DNA of 32,000 bases, from contig NZ_JAQQEG010000025.1 of assembly GCF_046027395.1 (NCBI RefSeq), forward strand, positions 67,601 through 99,600, written 5' to 3'. The notes beneath the pieces were generated by a model. The model saw nothing but the letters and a program-made list of their open reading frames with translations. It ran no database searches and was not told where the DNA came from. Every line of letters begins with the position of its first letter. The stretch's first letter is position 1. The translations under genes and the position numbers were made by a program. This DNA comes from Paraburkholderia dipogonis. GTDB lineage: Bacteria > Pseudomonadota > Gammaproteobacteria > Burkholderiales > Burkholderiaceae. Shown in pieces: positions 29,690 through 32,000 of this stretch.

Positions 29690-30631
29690 ATGCGGGCCAC
29701 TCTTCCACTCGTGCCAGACACTTCTTCCAGCCTGCTGTCGGGCTTGCTGCCCGGCCATTTCGCGACCGGTCTCGGCGAGGCGTTCGGCAGCTTGCCCGCC
29801 GCCCTGCAGATGACGTTTGCCATTGTGTTCGGCCTCGTGATCGGCAGCTTCCTGAACGTGGTCGTGCATCGGCTGCCGATCATGCTCGAGCGCGCATGGC
29901 GCGCGGAAGTCAGCGAGACCGCCGACGAACCGCTGGAAGAAGACGGCCTGCCGGCACGCTACAACCTGTGGGTGCCGCGCAGCGCGTGTCCTCACTGCGG
30001 CCATCCGTTGAGCGCGTGGGAGAATCTCCCAGTGCTGAGCTATGTGCTACTGCGCGGGCGCTGCTCCGCATGCAAGGCGCATGTGAGCCTGCGCTATCCG
30101 CTGCTCGAAATCGCCAGTGCCGCATTCGCGGCAGGCTCTCTCGCGCTGTTCGGCCCGACCTTCACGGCGCTCGCCGCCTTCGGACTGTGCGCCGCGCTGC
30201 TCGCGATGAGCGCGATCGACATCGATACGCATCTGCTGCCCGACTCGATGACGCTGCCGTTGCTGTGGGCGGGCATCATCGTCAACTTCAACGGCATGTT
30301 CACGAATCTGCACGACGCGGTGCTCGGCGCGATCTTCGGCTATCTGGTGCTGTGGGTCGTGCACTGGTTATTTCTCCTCGTACGCGGCGTCGAAGGCATG
30401 GGTTATGGCGATTTCAAACTGCTGGCGGCGCTCGGCGCGTGGCTCGGCTGGGCGGCGCTGCCGCAGATCGTGCTGATCGCAGCGGTCGCCGGCGCGGTCG
30501 TCGGTCTACTGGCAACATGGCGCGGCCGCATCCGCTTTGAAGAGCCGCTGCCGTTCGGGCCGTTTCTCGCGGCAGGCGGCGCATTGACGCTGTTTCTCGG
30601 CACACCGCTTTATCTGGCACTGGGAGGTTGA
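29690..30631 (+). CDS. pilD: prepilin peptidase/N-methyltransferase (A24 family)
   Basis: GSFLNVVVHRLP, Cys pairs CPHCGHPL..CSACKA, catalytic region GMGYGDFKLLAALGAW. The start codon could be an internal Met. Confidence 0.85.
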   Translation: MRATLPLVPDTSSSLLSGLLPGHFATGLGEAFGSLPAALQMTFAIVFGLVIGSFLNVVVHRLPIMLERAWRAEVSETADEPLEEDGLPARYNLWVPRSACPHCGHPLSAWENLPVLSYVLLRGRCSACKAHVSLRYPLLEIASAAFAAGSLALFGPTFTALAAFGLCAALLAMSAIDIDTHLLPDSMTLPLLWAGIIVNFNGMFTNLHDAVLGAIFGYLVLWVVHWLFLLVRGVEGMGYGDFKLLAALGAWLGWAALPQIVLIAAVAGAVVGLLATWRGRIRFEEPLPFGPFLAAGGALTLFLGTPLYLALGG

Positions 30632-30634
30632 AGC

Positions 30635-31237
30635 ATGTTTGCTGTGGGATTGACCGGCGGCATCGGCAGCGGCAAATCGACTGTCGCCGACCTGTTTGCC
30701 GCGCACGGCGTGCCGCTCGTCGACACCGACCTGATCGCGCATCGCATCACCGCGCCACACGGCATCGCCATGCCGCAGATCGCCGTCGAGTTCGGCGCAG
30801 CGTTCGTCGCCCCTGACGGCTCACTCGACCGCGCCCGCATGCGTTCGCTCGTATTCAGCGACGACGGCGCGCGCAAACGCCTCGAGGGCATCACGCATCC
30901 ATTGATCCGCGCGGAAACCGAACGCGAGCAGCGCGAGGCTCAAGGGCCGTACGTGATCGTGGTGGTGCCGCTGCTGGTCGAATCGGGCAAGTGGAAGACG
31001 CGCGTGAATCGCGTGCTGACGGTGGACTGCAGCGTCGAAACGCAGATCTCGCGCGTGATGAGCCGCAACAATTTCAGTCGCGAACAGGTGCTGGCGATCA
31101 TCGCCCGTCAGGCCACGCGCGAAGCGCGCCTGGCCGCGGCCGACGACGTGATCGACAACGGCAACGCGCCACTCGACGCGCTAAAAGCGCAAGTCGACGC
31201 GCAGCATCGTGTGTATCTGTCGCTTGCCGGCGCATGA
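30635..31237 (+). CDS. coaE: dephospho-CoA kinase
   Basis: [21 protein letters not shown] is the P-loop. 200 aa. The conserved pilD-coaE-zapD neighbourhood supports the call. Confidence 0.9.
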   Translation: MFAVGLTGGIGSGKSTVADLFAAHGVPLVDTDLIAHRITAPHGIAMPQIAVEFGAAFVAPDGSLDRARMRSLVFSDDGARKRLEGITHPLIRAETEREQREAQGPYVIVVVPLLVESGKWKTRVNRVLTVDCSVETQISRVMSRNNFSREQVLAIIARQATREARLAAADDVIDNGNAPLDALKAQVDAQHRVYLSLAGA

Positions 31238-31360
31238 CGGCGACGTGACACTTCGGGAAATCCCGGTTGAACTTCGCAGCGATGCGCATGCCAAAAGCGC
31301 GTTGGAAACCGCCCGAAACACGTGAAAAAAGTTGCGAATGCGCGCTGAAAAAGTGCGTGA

Positions 31361-32000
<640 letters not shown>

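Overview
GC-rich betaproteobacterial chromosome segment that looks Burkholderia/Paraburkholderia-like by gene order and protein sequences (my judgement only; no search was possible). The left core block is ffh'(3' end)-hpt-marC-proS-rppH-lipoprotein-proB-obg-rpmA-rplU-ispB-tRNA-Pro(CGG). The right core block is corC/hlyC-pilB-pilC-pilD-coaE-zapD'. Between them sits a roughly 15.8-kb, visibly lower-GC genomic island inserted in the 3' half of tRNA-Pro. It is bounded by a perfect 50-bp direct repeat (9563-9612 and 25406-25455), and a tyrosine integrase lies next to the tRNA. Left to right the island carries five groups of cargo. (1) An orphan cytoplasmic histidine kinase, a DHp-only mini-protein and a Crp/Fnr regulator. 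(2) A same-strand cluster of hypothetical genes that includes a clamp-loader-like AAA+ ATPase. (3) A truncated second integrase (Arm-domain fragment). (4) A tightly coupled pair of an unassigned 294-aa soluble protein and a 4-TM membrane protein. (5) A catalytic-domain-only tyrosine recombinase, a repeat-rich AT-rich 477-bp spacer, a compact HUH (Rep-like) endonuclease, and an overlapping ABC-type ATPase + TOPRIM-like (DUF4276-like) gene pair. The two gene pairs (18879-20411 and 22857-24700) are my best candidates for uncharacterised conflict/defence systems. I saw no CRISPR array, rRNA or transposase. Many long ORFs in the six-frame track are antisense or 5'-extension artefacts of high GC content.
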